This document shows positions 35,513 through 45,446 of a DNA stretch of 64,000 nt, in pieces; position 1 is the first letter of the stretch, and the number at the start of each line of letters is the position of its first letter. The stretch spans positions 85,561 to 149,560 of the forward strand of contig SVAX01000002.1 of NCBI GenBank assembly GCA_015059155.1, read 5' to 3'. Below the pieces are notes generated by a model. That model saw nothing but the letters and a program-made list of their open reading frames with translations, was not told where the DNA came from and made no database searches. This DNA is from Bacillota bacterium. Lineage in GTDB: Bacteria; Bacillota_I; Bacilli_A; RF39; UBA660. Position numbers and translations under genes: made by a program.

Positions 35513-37255
35513 TTGAAAAATAATAATTTTAAACTTATATGGAAATATTTAAAAGATGAAAAATTAAGATTGTTTTTATACATATTTTTAATTTTAGTAT
35601 CGCATATTCCGGGATTGAGTACTCCCTTATTTTGGGGATTAGCTTTAGAATCTTTAATAAGTGGTAGTTTTGTAAATTTTGGATTATATCTTTTTGTATG
35701 GATAAGTTTAGATATAGTTTTCTTTTCCATTTTGAGTATACCTAGAGAAAATATATACAATTATTTAGAAATTAAATTTAATAAAAATGTTATAAAGGAT
35801 TTATATAGAAAAATAACAGACTTACCTGCCATAGCTCACGAAGAAATTGGAGTTGGAGAATTTATAAATAGGATGGCATCTGACCCAGAAAGAGTTATGG
35901 AGTTGCTTTCAAAACTTATAAAAATGATATTTAGAATAATAGTTACAATTATTATAATTTTTATTATTTTTGCTTCATCTATTTATTTAGGTATAGAAAT
36001 TATAATATTTGCTTTTGTAATGTGGTATGTATCTTATAAATTTTTCCCTAAAATTAAAAAAACACAAGAAAGTATTAAGAAAAATTCTGATAAATATATA
36101 AAAGACGCCACAGAAAATATAACCGGTATAAGAGAAATTAAAGGGCTTGGAATTAAAAACAACGTAGAAAACATAATGTTTAAAAATATTGATTCATTAT
36201 TTAAAGAAAATAGAAAAATAAAAAAATACGAAATTAATTATAATAATATAAATAATTTAATATACTTTATATTACAATTTATTATATTATTTACTAGCGG
36301 ATATTTAGTTATAAAAGGACAAATAAGTTATGTTCTATTTATAGCTATTGAAGCTTACATAGGTAGAATAGATCAAGTTGTTGAAAGTATAGGAGATTTT
36401 GGTGTAAGTTATAATAAAGTTAAAATTTCTTTAAAGAGAATAGATGATATTGTTAATAATAAATTATATAATGATGAGAAATTTGGTAATGTTGAAATTA
36501 AAGATACTAAAGGTATTATTGAATTTAAAAATGTTAAATTTAAATATAGAGAAGATGAAAAAAATACTTTAAACAATTTAAGTTTAAAATTAGAGCCAAA
36601 TAAAAAAATAGCTATAGTTGGTAGAAGTGGTAATGGTAAATCTACTATATTTAATTTGTTACTTAGATATTTTGATACTAACGAAGGTGAAATTACTTTA
36701 GATGGTATTAATATACAAGATTTAACCGAAGAATCATTAAGAGAAAATATTTCAGTAATTAGACAAAATCCATTTATATTTAATATGACAATTTTAGATA
36801 ATTTTAAATTAGTCAATCCTAATATATCACTTGAAGAAGTAAAAAAAGTTTGTAAATTAGCTTATATAGATAAATACATAGAATCACTTCCTAAAAAATA
36901 TGATACGTTAATTGGCGAAGGCGGAGTTAATTTGTCTGGGGGCCAAAAACAAAGATTAGCTATTGCAAGAACACTTTTATTAAATACAAAAGTAATTTTA
37001 TTTGATGAAGCTACAAGTGCTCTTGATAACGAATCACAAGAGTATATTAAAAAAACTATTGATAATTTAGTTAAAAATCATACAATAATAATAGTAGCTC
37101 ATAGACTTTCAACAATAATAGACGCTGATGTTATTAATGTTATAGATAAAGGTAAATTAGTTGGTACAGGAACGCATAATGAATTATTAGAAACTTGTAA
37201 TGCATATAAAAAATTATATTTAATAGAAAACGAAAATCAAAAATTAGATGAATAA
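35513..37255 (+). CDS. ABC exporter, fused TMD-NBD (MsbA/multidrug type)
   Basis: GRSGNGKS, LSGGQKQR, DEATSALD, AHRLST. Confidence 0.93.
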   Translation: MKNNNFKLIWKYLKDEKLRLFLYIFLILVSHIPGLSTPLFWGLALESLISGSFVNFGLYLFVWISLDIVFFSILSIPRENIYNYLEIKFNKNVIKDLYRKITDLPAIAHEEIGVGEFINRMASDPERVMELLSKLIKMIFRIIVTIIIIFIIFASSIYLGIEIIIFAFVMWYVSYKFFPKIKKTQESIKKNSDKYIKDATENITGIREIKGLGIKNNVENIMFKNIDSLFKENRKIKKYEINYNNINNLIYFILQFIILFTSGYLVIKGQISYVLFIAIEAYIGRIDQVVESIGDFGVSYNKVKISLKRIDDIVNNKLYNDEKFGNVEIKDTKGIIEFKNVKFKYREDEKNTLNNLSLKLEPNKKIAIVGRSGNGKSTIFNLLLRYFDTNEGEITLDGINIQDLTEESLRENISVIRQNPFIFNMTILDNFKLVNPNISLEEVKKVCKLAYIDKYIESLPKKYDTLIGEGGVNLSGGQKQRLAIARTLLLNTKVILFDEATSALDNESQEYIKKTIDNLVKNHTIIIVAHRLSTIIDADVINVIDKGKLVGTGTHNELLETCNAYKKLYLIENENQKLDE

Positions 37256-37278
37256 AACATATATTTAGAGGTGTTATT

Positions 37279-37485
37279 ATGTTTAAAATTGCAAAATTAA
37301 AAGAAATTAATAACGAAAAACTTAATTTTGATTATATTACACAAGAAGAATACAAATATGAAAACGGATAAGCAATTTTACATTACTCTTTTAAAATATT
37401 ATCATTCAATATTTCTGGAGAAGACTATTCGTTCTCATTTGATTTAGATGATTATTTAAAAATAAAACAAAAATCAAGGTACTAA
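37279..37485 (+). pseudogene. Short remnant ORF with in-frame TAA at 37369
   Basis: GAGGTG RBS; frame continues after the stop. Confidence 0.4.
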
Positions 37486-37499
37486 CCTTGATTTTTGTT

Positions 37500-38059
37500 T
37501 TATTTAATTTTACTATTATATAGTTCGCTAAATCTTTCTTTACTCATAATTAGTACATGTTTAGTTATAGGAACACCATTTTTTTGTCAACTATTTTCTT
37601 CATCTTTATAAAATTCGAACCCTATTTTTTCGTGAACTCTTTTTGATTTTTTATTTCCTTCATCATATCCAGAAACAACATTATCATATCCGTTTTCAAA
37701 CAAGAAATTCATAGCTTCTACGACTGCCTCTTTCATATAACCTTTTCCCCAATGATTTGGGTGTAAATTAAAAGTTAGTTCTAAACTATTTAATTCATTG
37801 TTATATTGATCGCAGTTAAATTAGCTATAGGTTCCATAGTTCCTTTTAAATATATAATCCAATCATAAACATCTTCTGTTTCTTCTGAATAATTAGCAAA
37901 AGTAGCAATAAAATTAGGATCATTTTTTACAAATTCAAATTCACCACATATATCTCTTAATTTTGTGAAATTATACTCATATACTTTTATAAAATCTTCT
38001 GCAGTTCCCTTTTTTAATATTAATCTTTCCGTTTCTAATTGCGGTGTTTTTAAAAACAT
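37500..38059 (-). pseudogene. RimJ/RimL-type GNAT acetyltransferase pseudogene
   Basis: LETERLILK start; frameshift near 37810; other frame gives LHPNHWGKGYMKEA..GNKKSKRVHEKIGF; premature TGA at 37587-37589. Confidence 0.85.
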
Positions 38060-38069
38060 TTCATTACCT

Positions 38070-38831
38070 CTATTTTTTTATTATTTTTTGTTTTACAGTA
38101 TCTAATATCTTTTCAGTTTCATTATACTTAATGTTAACATCCTCATTTAATATTGAATCAACAGGAATCAAAGCCTTATCTAGTTTACCTATTTGAATTA
38201 CATTATCACATTCACTGCCTACGCCTGTTTGTTTAAAAGCTATAATTTCGCCTTCATACATTAAAGTTTTTGATTCTAACTTATCTCCTTTAAGTAATTG
38301 TTTTTGTCCTCCTATCAACATCTTATAACCCGGATCTATATTTCTTGTTATTTCTATGCTATTTGTAATTAAAGTAAATATATTACCATCTAATCCTTTT
38401 AATTTTTTAATTTCTAATTTTCTTTTAGAATTTTCATAAATAAATTTATAGAATGCTTTGTTTTCTATACCTTTATTATAATGTTCGTAGCAAGAAGGTA
38501 GTATTATATAATTATATTTATTGAAAAAGGCATCTGTTTTACCATTTATTGAATAATTATTATAGCTCTCTGTTTCCACTTCTTTTAATAGGCTAAACTT
38601 ATTTAAAGGATTCACTTTTATTGCCTCTAAATTCAAAACATACTCATACTCCCCATTTTTAGCTTCATACATTTCATCAACTATATTTATTGAAATAGTA
38701 TCATCTTTTTTATTTTCACTTTTACATCCTGTCAGTGTAAATAAAGTGGTTATTATAAGTGCACCTGAAATTAGTCTTGTTTTTTCATTTTTTAATTTTT
38801 TCAAAACATTCTTATATATACTTAACTTCAT
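38070..38831 (-). CDS. Putative lipoprotein
   Basis: Hydrophobic stretch ending LTGC; start MKLSI behind GGGGGA. Confidence 0.55.
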   Translation of the reverse strand: MKLSIYKNVLKKLKNEKTRLISGALIITTLFTLTGCKSENKKDDTISINIVDEMYEAKNGEYEYVLNLEAIKVNPLNKFSLLKEVETESYNNYSINGKTDAFFNKYNYIILPSCYEHYNKGIENKAFYKFIYENSKRKLEIKKLKGLDGNIFTLITNSIEITRNIDPGYKMLIGGQKQLLKGDKLESKTLMYEGEIIAFKQTGVGSECDNVIQIGKLDKALIPVDSILNEDVNIKYNETEKILDTVKQKIIKK

Positions 38832-39063
38832 ATATATCCCCCCTAATTGACTGTATTTTAACATATAAATAATAAAATTGCAAAATAATAATTATCTAAA
38901 TAAAGTTAAAACTTTTTGTTTTGTCTTATTATTTGATGGAAATTTATTTTCAACTTCCATACTTAACTCATTTGACAATTGCATTCTTTTACATTCTAAA
39001 AGTATTTGTTTATACCCTTTTAAAATTTCTATTCTTCTCTTTCTCATTTCAAATCCCCCTTAT

Positions 39064-39354
39064 TTACATACTTATATTATTTAAAAATGTAGCCAATAAT
39101 CCTAATAATATAATTAATATTAAAATTGCAATATGATATGATATTGGTCTATCATCGTCACTAAATTTTCTACCTTCTTCACATATCTTATCACAAGAAT
39201 AATAACTTCTTGAATATAATTTATCATAAGCACTACAACAATAATTAGAGCCATCCACATATTCTTTAATTTTTTTACAATAGTATTTAGTACCACACAA
39301 AGCTCCCTCATACTTCTTGTCCTCTTTTAAATATTTACAACTTGAACAAGTCAT
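39064..39354 (-). CDS. Small Cys-rich protein with C-terminal TM
   Basis: CSSC...C...YYC...CC pattern; co-oriented downstream of VirD4-like gene. Confidence 0.55.
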   Translation of the reverse strand: MTCSSCKYLKEDKKYEGALCGTKYYCKKIKEYVDGSNYCCSAYDKLYSRSYYSCDKICEEGRKFSDDDRPISYHIAILILIILLGLLATFLNNISM

Positions 39355-39401
39355 AAATTAACCCCCTTTTTTAATCGAGAAACAATAATTTTATTCTTTT
39401 A

Positions 39402-40688
39402 CTATAAACTTTTTTTCATTTCGTAATGTGGCAATAACTTTGTTTTAATTGGCATTATTCTTGGTATTAAAATTATCGCCTCAAATACTCTTAATATTTT
39501 TAATTCTTCTACAGATATTAATGGTTTAACAACACCATCTTCACACGTTTTTCCACATAGATTACTTATTTCTTCTAATGTTTCTATATCTTGTGATAAT
39601 AAATAAACTATATTAGCAAAACATAATTTTAATATCTCAGTATTTTCCTTTCCATATTTATTTTTTAAATCATTAAATCCTCTTATCATAAGAGTAAATG
39701 TAATATTTATTCCTCTTGAGTAATTTAACATTTTTTCAAAGTTTTTTATTGGATATAATCCAAAGAAATCATCAACTATAATATTAATTTTACCTTCTTT
39801 TTTTGAGTATTCATCTTTAGCATAATATACTTGACTAATTAATAAAGGAAGTAATCTTTCTGAATTATTTGAATTACCAGAAACTACATATATTATAATT
39901 TTTTCTTTAGCTATATTAGTAATATCAAAATCTGATTTAGATAACAATTTATTTAAATTTTCTTTTGATATAAATCTTTTAATTTTTTGGCTAAATACCG
40001 ATAGTATACTTCCTCTAGTTTCAGTTGGTGCATTTAATACACCTGATAAATTAATGTAAGCACTAGATTTCTTATCAAGTTTATCTTTAAATTTATCTCC
40101 ACTTTCTTTAACTTCTATATCTAAATCTCTTATCGTAGTTAAACTTACTTCTTTTTCTGTTTCAAAAGCATATAAAGCAAGTCCCGTAAAATAATTAACT
40201 GCAGAATTAGTCCAAAACGGATCCCCATTAACTTCCTCTAAATCATATATCAAATAAAAAGCTAATTCTTCGAGCATATCTTGAGCCTTATCTTTATTTC
40301 CTTCTTTATATAATCTATAAGGCAAATCAAGTGGATTCCAATTATTTGAGTCCATAGCATCATCAAAATTTAATCTTATTACGTTATACCCATTTTCTTT
40401 AAACATTTCACTTGTTGTTTCATAAAGTTCATTTTTAGTGTCGTGAATAATTACTGATTCTCCTGCTTTATTAGCAAGTTCTAATAATGGAAGTGTTATT
40501 GTTTGTGTTTTACCACTTCCTGTTGTTCCAATAACTAATGAATGATTTAATCTATCAGAAATATATAGATAATTATCATCATAAGCCATCGGTAATCCAG
40601 AAGATTTAACTTCTGTATTCCAATTAACTCCTATTAATGGAATATATTTTTTCATATTTTCTTTGGTTTCCCATTTTGCAAAATTCAT
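39402..40688 (-). CDS. VirD4/TraG-like coupling-protein ATPase lacking TM anchor
   Basis: HSLVIGTTGSGKT, HDTKNELY, NWNPL, FWTNSA; Walker B IVDDF; KYGKEN motif. Confidence 0.8.
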   Translation of the reverse strand: MNFAKWETKENMKKYIPLIGVNWNTEVKSSGLPMAYDDNYLYISDRLNHSLVIGTTGSGKTQTITLPLLELANKAGESVIIHDTKNELYETTSEMFKENGYNVIRLNFDDAMDSNNWNPLDLPYRLYKEGNKDKAQDMLEELAFYLIYDLEEVNGDPFWTNSAVNYFTGLALYAFETEKEVSLTTIRDLDIEVKESGDKFKDKLDKKSSAYINLSGVLNAPTETRGSILSVFSQKIKRFISKENLNKLLSKSDFDITNIAKEKIIIYVVSGNSNNSERLLPLLISQVYYAKDEYSKKEGKINIIVDDFFGLYPIKNFEKMLNYSRGINITFTLMIRGFNDLKNKYGKENTEILKLCFANIVYLLSQDIETLEEISNLCGKTCEDGVVKPLISVEELKILRVFEAIILIPRIMPIKTKLLPHYEMKKSL

Positions 40689-40804
40689 AATCTTTCCTCC
40701 CTTTGACATCTAATATAACACCCTCTTTTTAACATAACTTAAACAATAGTGGTATTTTATTGATTTTTTATAAAAATTAAGGTATTATAATGTTGGTGGG
40801 AGTT

Positions 40805-41275
40805 ATGTATTCTAATAATCTTATTTGTGAAATATTGATATATATAGATGAAAATATTAAAAATAAAATAACTATAGAAGATTTAGAAAACAAATTCTTC
40901 TATAATAGATATTACATAATGAAGTTGTTTAAAAAAGAAATCGGTTTGACCATAGTAGAATATATCAATTCAATAAGAATCTATAATTCAATATTATTAA
41001 TAAAAAATAATAATTCAAATTTTATTAATATTGCTTTTAAAAATGGATTTTATTCTTTAGAATATTTTTCAGAAACATTTAAACAAATAACAAATTTAAA
41101 TCCTAGAAAATTTAAAGATTATTTTTTCCACAAAAAATCTATATCTTTTGATGATATAGATAAGATTAATAATTCAATAGTAAAACTTTATGAAATATCA
41201 AATATAAAAGATAATTATTTATCTAAACAAAAACCTGTTATAGCTCCAGTCAAAAAATTATCAATATTCAAATAA
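40805..41275 (+). CDS. AraC-family regulator (HTH domain only)
   Basis: LFKKEIGLTIVEYINSIRI, IAFKNGFYSLEYFSETFKQITNLNP. Confidence 0.85.
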   Translation: MYSNNLICEILIYIDENIKNKITIEDLENKFFYNRYYIMKLFKKEIGLTIVEYINSIRIYNSILLIKNNNSNFINIAFKNGFYSLEYFSETFKQITNLNPRKFKDYFFHKKSISFDDIDKINNSIVKLYEISNIKDNYLSKQKPVIAPVKKLSIFK

Positions 41276-41326
41276 TTTTAACTAGATTTTTTTGACAATA
41301 ATATTTATTTGTGTTATATTAAATAT

Positions 41327-41440
41327 GTCAAGGAAACTTGCATATAATAAAAAAGGATACATTTGATTGGACGAATCAAATGCATTCCCTTAGTGGATTG
41401 CATCTGAAATCACATAGTTGTGAAATCAGATGCGTTTTTC
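41327..41440 (+). ncRNA. Putative antitoxin sRNA (~110 nt)
   Basis: TTGACA(41292)-17-TATATT(41315) with extended TG; two hairpins; T-tract at 41435-41439; antisense to the 3' UTR of the peptide gene. Confidence 0.65.
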
Positions 41441-41517
41441 TATTTTACTAGTAATAATATTATTATAGCAAGTAGAAGTAATATAATAACATATTGAGAT
41501 ATTTCTCTTTTAGTCAT
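41440..41517 (-). CDS. Putative type I toxin, 25-aa hydrophobic peptide MTKREISQYVIILLLLAIIILLLVK
   Basis: Strong RBS; promoter TTGATA(41617-41622)-17-TATAAT(41594-41599) with TG; anti-SD segment in leader; not in ORF track. Confidence 0.7.
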   Translation of the reverse strand: MTKREISQYVIILLLLAIIILLLVK

Positions 41518-41680
41518 AAATATCACCCCTTTCTTTTATTAATTTAATATTCGAAAGGGAAAGCATCTGATATTTTCAAATGCATCCATATATATTATAC
41601 CAAACATACATTCCTATATCAATAGTATATATTGATTTTTTTATTTATTTAATTTATAATATTAATAGAAAGAGAACAAC

Positions 41681-41743
41681 GTTCGTAAGCTGTAGCTTTA
41701 TCGCACCAGATGCACATATCCGAACTATTATAGTTCGTTTTTT
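41681..41743 (+). other. attR of the tRNA-Leu island with the probable original tRNA terminator
   Basis: GCACCA at 41703, then CGAACTA-TTA-TAGTTCG hairpin and T-run; left arm mirrors right arm of junction 31686. Confidence 0.7.
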
Positions 41744-41850
41744 TGTATATATTTAAAAAGTTATTCCAGTACAGTGGAATAACTTTACAAAAATTAAAAT
41801 ATTAGAACCGTTTGGTTATACTTTATCAATTACAAAAATAAAGGAAAAAT

Positions 41851-42236
41851 ATAAATAATAAATTAGCGTTTTTTAAAGAAAAACAAATAAGAAAAACCTA
41901 GAAAGAAAGTAAATGGTATTTTAGCGTTACTGATGTAATACTTGCATTAACTGATAGCAATAAACCTAGAGATTATTAGTACTGATTAAAAAAGAGCAAA
42001 GGAAAAAGAACAAATTGAGTTGTCGACAATTTGTCGACAACTGAAACTAGAATCAAACAATGAAAAAAATATAACACGTATTGTACAGACACAGAGGAAA
42101 TACTTCGTATTATACAATCAATTCCATCTCCTAAATCAGAACCTTTTAAAAGGTGTCACGCCAAAGTTGGAAGTGAAAGAATCTAGGAAATAAACAATCC
42201 AGAACTTGCAATGAATAGAATGAAACAAAATAATAA
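41851..42236 (+). pseudogene. Bro-N/antirepressor-like pseudogene
   Basis: WYFSVTDVILALTDS, ELSTICRQLKLES, LRIIQSIPSPKSEPFK motifs; several stops/frameshifts; truncated. Confidence 0.8.
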
Positions 42237-42401
42237 CATTAAAAAAGTTAAATAATCTATATTTAATAGTAAATCCATTTAATGAAAACCATTATTTATA
42301 TAAATTTAGTATATTTTCTATTATATTATTTCATATATTTTATTAAAAATATTGATTTTTTCTTAAAAAATGATACAATAAAGGTGTCAAGGAGGGTTTA
42401 T

Positions 42402-43670
42402 ATGAAAAAATTTTTCAAAAAAATTTGTTCAGTTGAGAATTTAAGCATAAGTTTTCTTGTTGTTTTAGTAGTTTCAATAGGTTACTTAGCATTTTTTCAA
42501 GATAATCTTAAAACTGATACAAGTTTAAAATCAAATTCAAATAGTAAAGTGTTATCTGGATATAATAATTACAATAATTATTCTAATCAATCTTATAACA
42601 CTAATCAATCACAAACTACACAAAGCAATTATCAAAATTTAAATTACACAAATAATAACAATTATAATTATACAGATACTACTGCACCTGCAATTGAGTG
42701 GAATCCAACAATATACATAACTCAATATGATAATTTTGATCCTATGTCAGGTGTTAGAGCTAGTCACCTTAAATTTGGTGATGTTACTCATTTAATTGAA
42801 GTAACATATAACGATGTAAACACTAGCATCCCAGGAAAATATTCTGTAGTATACAAAGCTTGTAATTATCCTGGATCAAATTATTGTAGAACTGTTTCTT
42901 CAATGGTTGTTGTAAATCAAAAAACTTATGGCAATCAAAAACAAGAAAACACAAAAACACCTTTATGGAGTAGTTATTCAAAAGTAAGTTGTGCTTATGG
43001 TTCAGCAAGTTGTTCAACAGAAAGAATTTCTAAACCAACTGCTAAAGATCCTGTAACAAACAGAGCATTAGATGTTTATTTAGTTAGTGGTTCAGTAAAT
43101 ATTTATGAGCCTGGAACATATACTTTAATTTATGGAGCTACAACATCAAACGGAATAAGCGGTACTGTTGCTAAATTAGTTACTATTAAACAACCAGCTA
43201 CATCAAATTCAACAACTAATTATCCACAATCTAAATATATAGAAAATCATTCTTCTCAATATTATGACGATGGAATGTATAGAGGAACATTAAATAAAAA
43301 AGAATCAAGTCAATATATAAATGAATATAAATGGACAAATGTGGTAACTAGTGTTTATAGATGTGTTAATTACGGACAATATGGTACTAATGGTTGGGAA
43401 TTTGTTAAAAATACTAAATCAAATGGACAATATACAGATCAAGCCGATAATCATCCAACATATTACTATTCTCGTAATGGATATTCTGGATATTTAAATA
43501 AAACAAATTTTTACTTCGCTGATCCTCAATATAAACTAAATAGTGATTTAGGATATTGTAATAATGTTGGTCAAACTAAAGAAGTAAATAAAACTTGGGT
43601 AGGAATATATTCTGGTTATGTTTATTCAAATAACAATTCATATTCTGGATATGTATACTTATATAAATAA
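42402..43670 (+). CDS. Surface protein with DUF5011/HYR-like Ig domains
   Basis: Start behind GGAGG; TM; N/Q/Y-rich linker; DTTAPAI, VNTSIPGKYSVVY and VNIYEPGTYTLIY. Confidence 0.7.
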   Translation: MKKFFKKICSVENLSISFLVVLVVSIGYLAFFQDNLKTDTSLKSNSNSKVLSGYNNYNNYSNQSYNTNQSQTTQSNYQNLNYTNNNNYNYTDTTAPAIEWNPTIYITQYDNFDPMSGVRASHLKFGDVTHLIEVTYNDVNTSIPGKYSVVYKACNYPGSNYCRTVSSMVVVNQKTYGNQKQENTKTPLWSSYSKVSCAYGSASCSTERISKPTAKDPVTNRALDVYLVSGSVNIYEPGTYTLIYGATTSNGISGTVAKLVTIKQPATSNSTTNYPQSKYIENHSSQYYDDGMYRGTLNKKESSQYINEYKWTNVVTSVYRCVNYGQYGTNGWEFVKNTKSNGQYTDQADNHPTYYYSRNGYSGYLNKTNFYFADPQYKLNSDLGYCNNVGQTKEVNKTWVGIYSGYVYSNNNSYSGYVYLYK

Positions 43671-43822
43671 AAACAAACTACTAAAAAACCAATATTAACT
43701 ATTGGTTTTTTTATTACAAATATACTATTAAATCTAATTTTAAACTAAGGTATACACTTTTTGTAGTTCAGATATGAAAATATAAAAGATTGTGATACAA
43801 TAAAAAAAGAAAGAGTGATAAA

Positions 43823-44320
43823 ATGAATGAAAAAGAATTATTAACAAAAAAATTTATAAAAGTAAGTATGAACGATGTACAAATTTCAACTGATGATAAA
43901 CCTATTATTGGAACTGATTCTTTAGCAACCTGTACAGGAGTTTTGCTATATAGTGAAATAAAAAAAAGAGCTATAGTAGCTCACGTTGCTTGTGAGACTA
44001 AAAACATATTTTATAGATCTCTTGAATTAGCTTATAAGAATGGTTTTAACGATGCTTTCATAAAATATAAAATAATTCCTGGTTATTATTTCAATCATTA
44101 TGAAACAAAAAAAGAATTAGATTCTTTATACGGTTCTATACCTAATTTACTTATTCCATTTGATGAAAAAGATATACCAGAAGATGCTATAATAAAAGAT
44201 GAAAAAACACCTTCATTAAAATTTGCTTTTGATGCATCATCAGGTAAATTCGTAACTGATAAAGTTTGCTTTGGTAAAGAATATATCGACATAAACGAAA
44301 ACAATATTTCAACAAAATAG
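43823..44320 (+). CDS. Hypothetical protein, possible CheD/deamidase-like fold
   Basis: IIGTDSLATCTGV...AIVAHV (Cys...His pair). Confidence 0.4.
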   Translation: MNEKELLTKKFIKVSMNDVQISTDDKPIIGTDSLATCTGVLLYSEIKKRAIVAHVACETKNIFYRSLELAYKNGFNDAFIKYKIIPGYYFNHYETKKELDSLYGSIPNLLIPFDEKDIPEDAIIKDEKTPSLKFAFDASSGKFVTDKVCFGKEYIDINENNISTK

Positions 44321-44322
44321 TT

Positions 44323-44715
44323 TTATTTGAAATTAATGTGTTTCACATAAAAATTATTGAACACAAATAGTAATATTAAACTTATCAATTTAACTAAATA
44401 ATAATTATTTTTTAATATTATTATAAAAATATATATTATCATTACTTCGATTATTAAACTAAATATTCTTACTAATATAAATTTAAACAATTCCCTACTA
44501 TTATTTTCATCAACTAAATCAGGCACATACTTTTTATCTATATAAAATATAAATAGCATAGATTCAATCCAAGCTACTAAATTAGCTATATTTATACCTA
44601 TAGTACTATTATCACTTAGGAAAAACATAATAAATATAAATATTAAATAATTTATACAAAAAGAAATTGCGTGTATAATTAAATGTTTAAATTTATCCTT
44701 TACTACTTTACTCAT
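44323..44715 (-). CDS. GtrA-family membrane protein
   Basis: Four TMs, IANLVAW, ELFKFILVR, VKLISL. Confidence 0.75.
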   Translation of the reverse strand: MSKVVKDKFKHLIIHAISFCINYLIFIFIMFFLSDNSTIGINIANLVAWIESMLFIFYIDKKYVPDLVDENNSRELFKFILVRIFSLIIEVMIIYIFIIILKNNYYLVKLISLILLFVFNNFYVKHINFK

Positions 44716-44801
44716 ACTACTCTCCCTATTACATTATAGCACATCTGTTATTGACTTATTACAAAAACAATGATAAAGTATTCAAATATTGAGGTGATAC
44801 T

Positions 44802-45419
44802 GTGTCAAATTATTGTGGAGAATGCACTTATCTTGATTTAAATACGGGAGATATATATGGTAAATTTTATTGTGAAAGAAAATGGGAGAGACATTTAGCT
44901 ACAGATACAGAGTGTAATAGTTTTTGTAGAGCTTATTCAAGAGATAAATGTACAATTCAAAACGCTTATAGATATTCTGATGATCATTCAAAGGGTGGAT
45001 GCTATTTAACTACTATGTTGTGTAATATATTAGGAATGCCTGATAATAATATTTATTTAGAGACAATGAGAAGTTTCAGAAAAAATATTTTACAAAACGA
45101 TGAAAAATATAAACAATTATTAGTTGAATATGATATTATAGGCCCAAAAATAGCTAAAGCAATTAATAATGATCCTTTAAAAGAAAAAATTGCTGAAAAA
45201 CAATTTAAATTAAATATAATTCCTATTACAAACGCTATAAAAAATAATAATTTAGAGATTGCTATATCAATGTACAAAAACATGACAAATTCACTTAAAG
45301 ATTTCTACGGATTAGGAGGAATCAATATCACTAATTTAGAAATAAAGGAAGCTGATATAAAAGAATCAGGTCATGGTATTTATAAAATTAAAAAGATTAC
45401 TCCAAAATGTGTAGAGTAA
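44802..45419 (+). CDS. Cys-rich N-terminus plus CFI-box-CTERM-like domain
   Basis: CGEC...FYC...C..FC; GGCYLTT...LETMRSFR...YDIIGPKIA. Confidence 0.55.
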   Translation: MSNYCGECTYLDLNTGDIYGKFYCERKWERHLATDTECNSFCRAYSRDKCTIQNAYRYSDDHSKGGCYLTTMLCNILGMPDNNIYLETMRSFRKNILQNDEKYKQLLVEYDIIGPKIAKAINNDPLKEKIAEKQFKLNIIPITNAIKNNNLEIAISMYKNMTNSLKDFYGLGGINITNLEIKEADIKESGHGIYKIKKITPKCVE

Positions 45420-45446
45420 TCTTTTTTTGATTTTTATAAATTCTTA

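Noticed and set aside
37573-37580. ACACCATT as right end of element C
   Set aside because: Lies inside GNAT coding sequence and is a poorer core match; 41703 gives a much better symmetric match
34071-38059. Alternative genetic code suggested by in-frame stops
   Set aside because: Stops are mixed TAA/TGA and confined to decayed cargo; intact genes use TGG for Trp, and TGA ends LSR C
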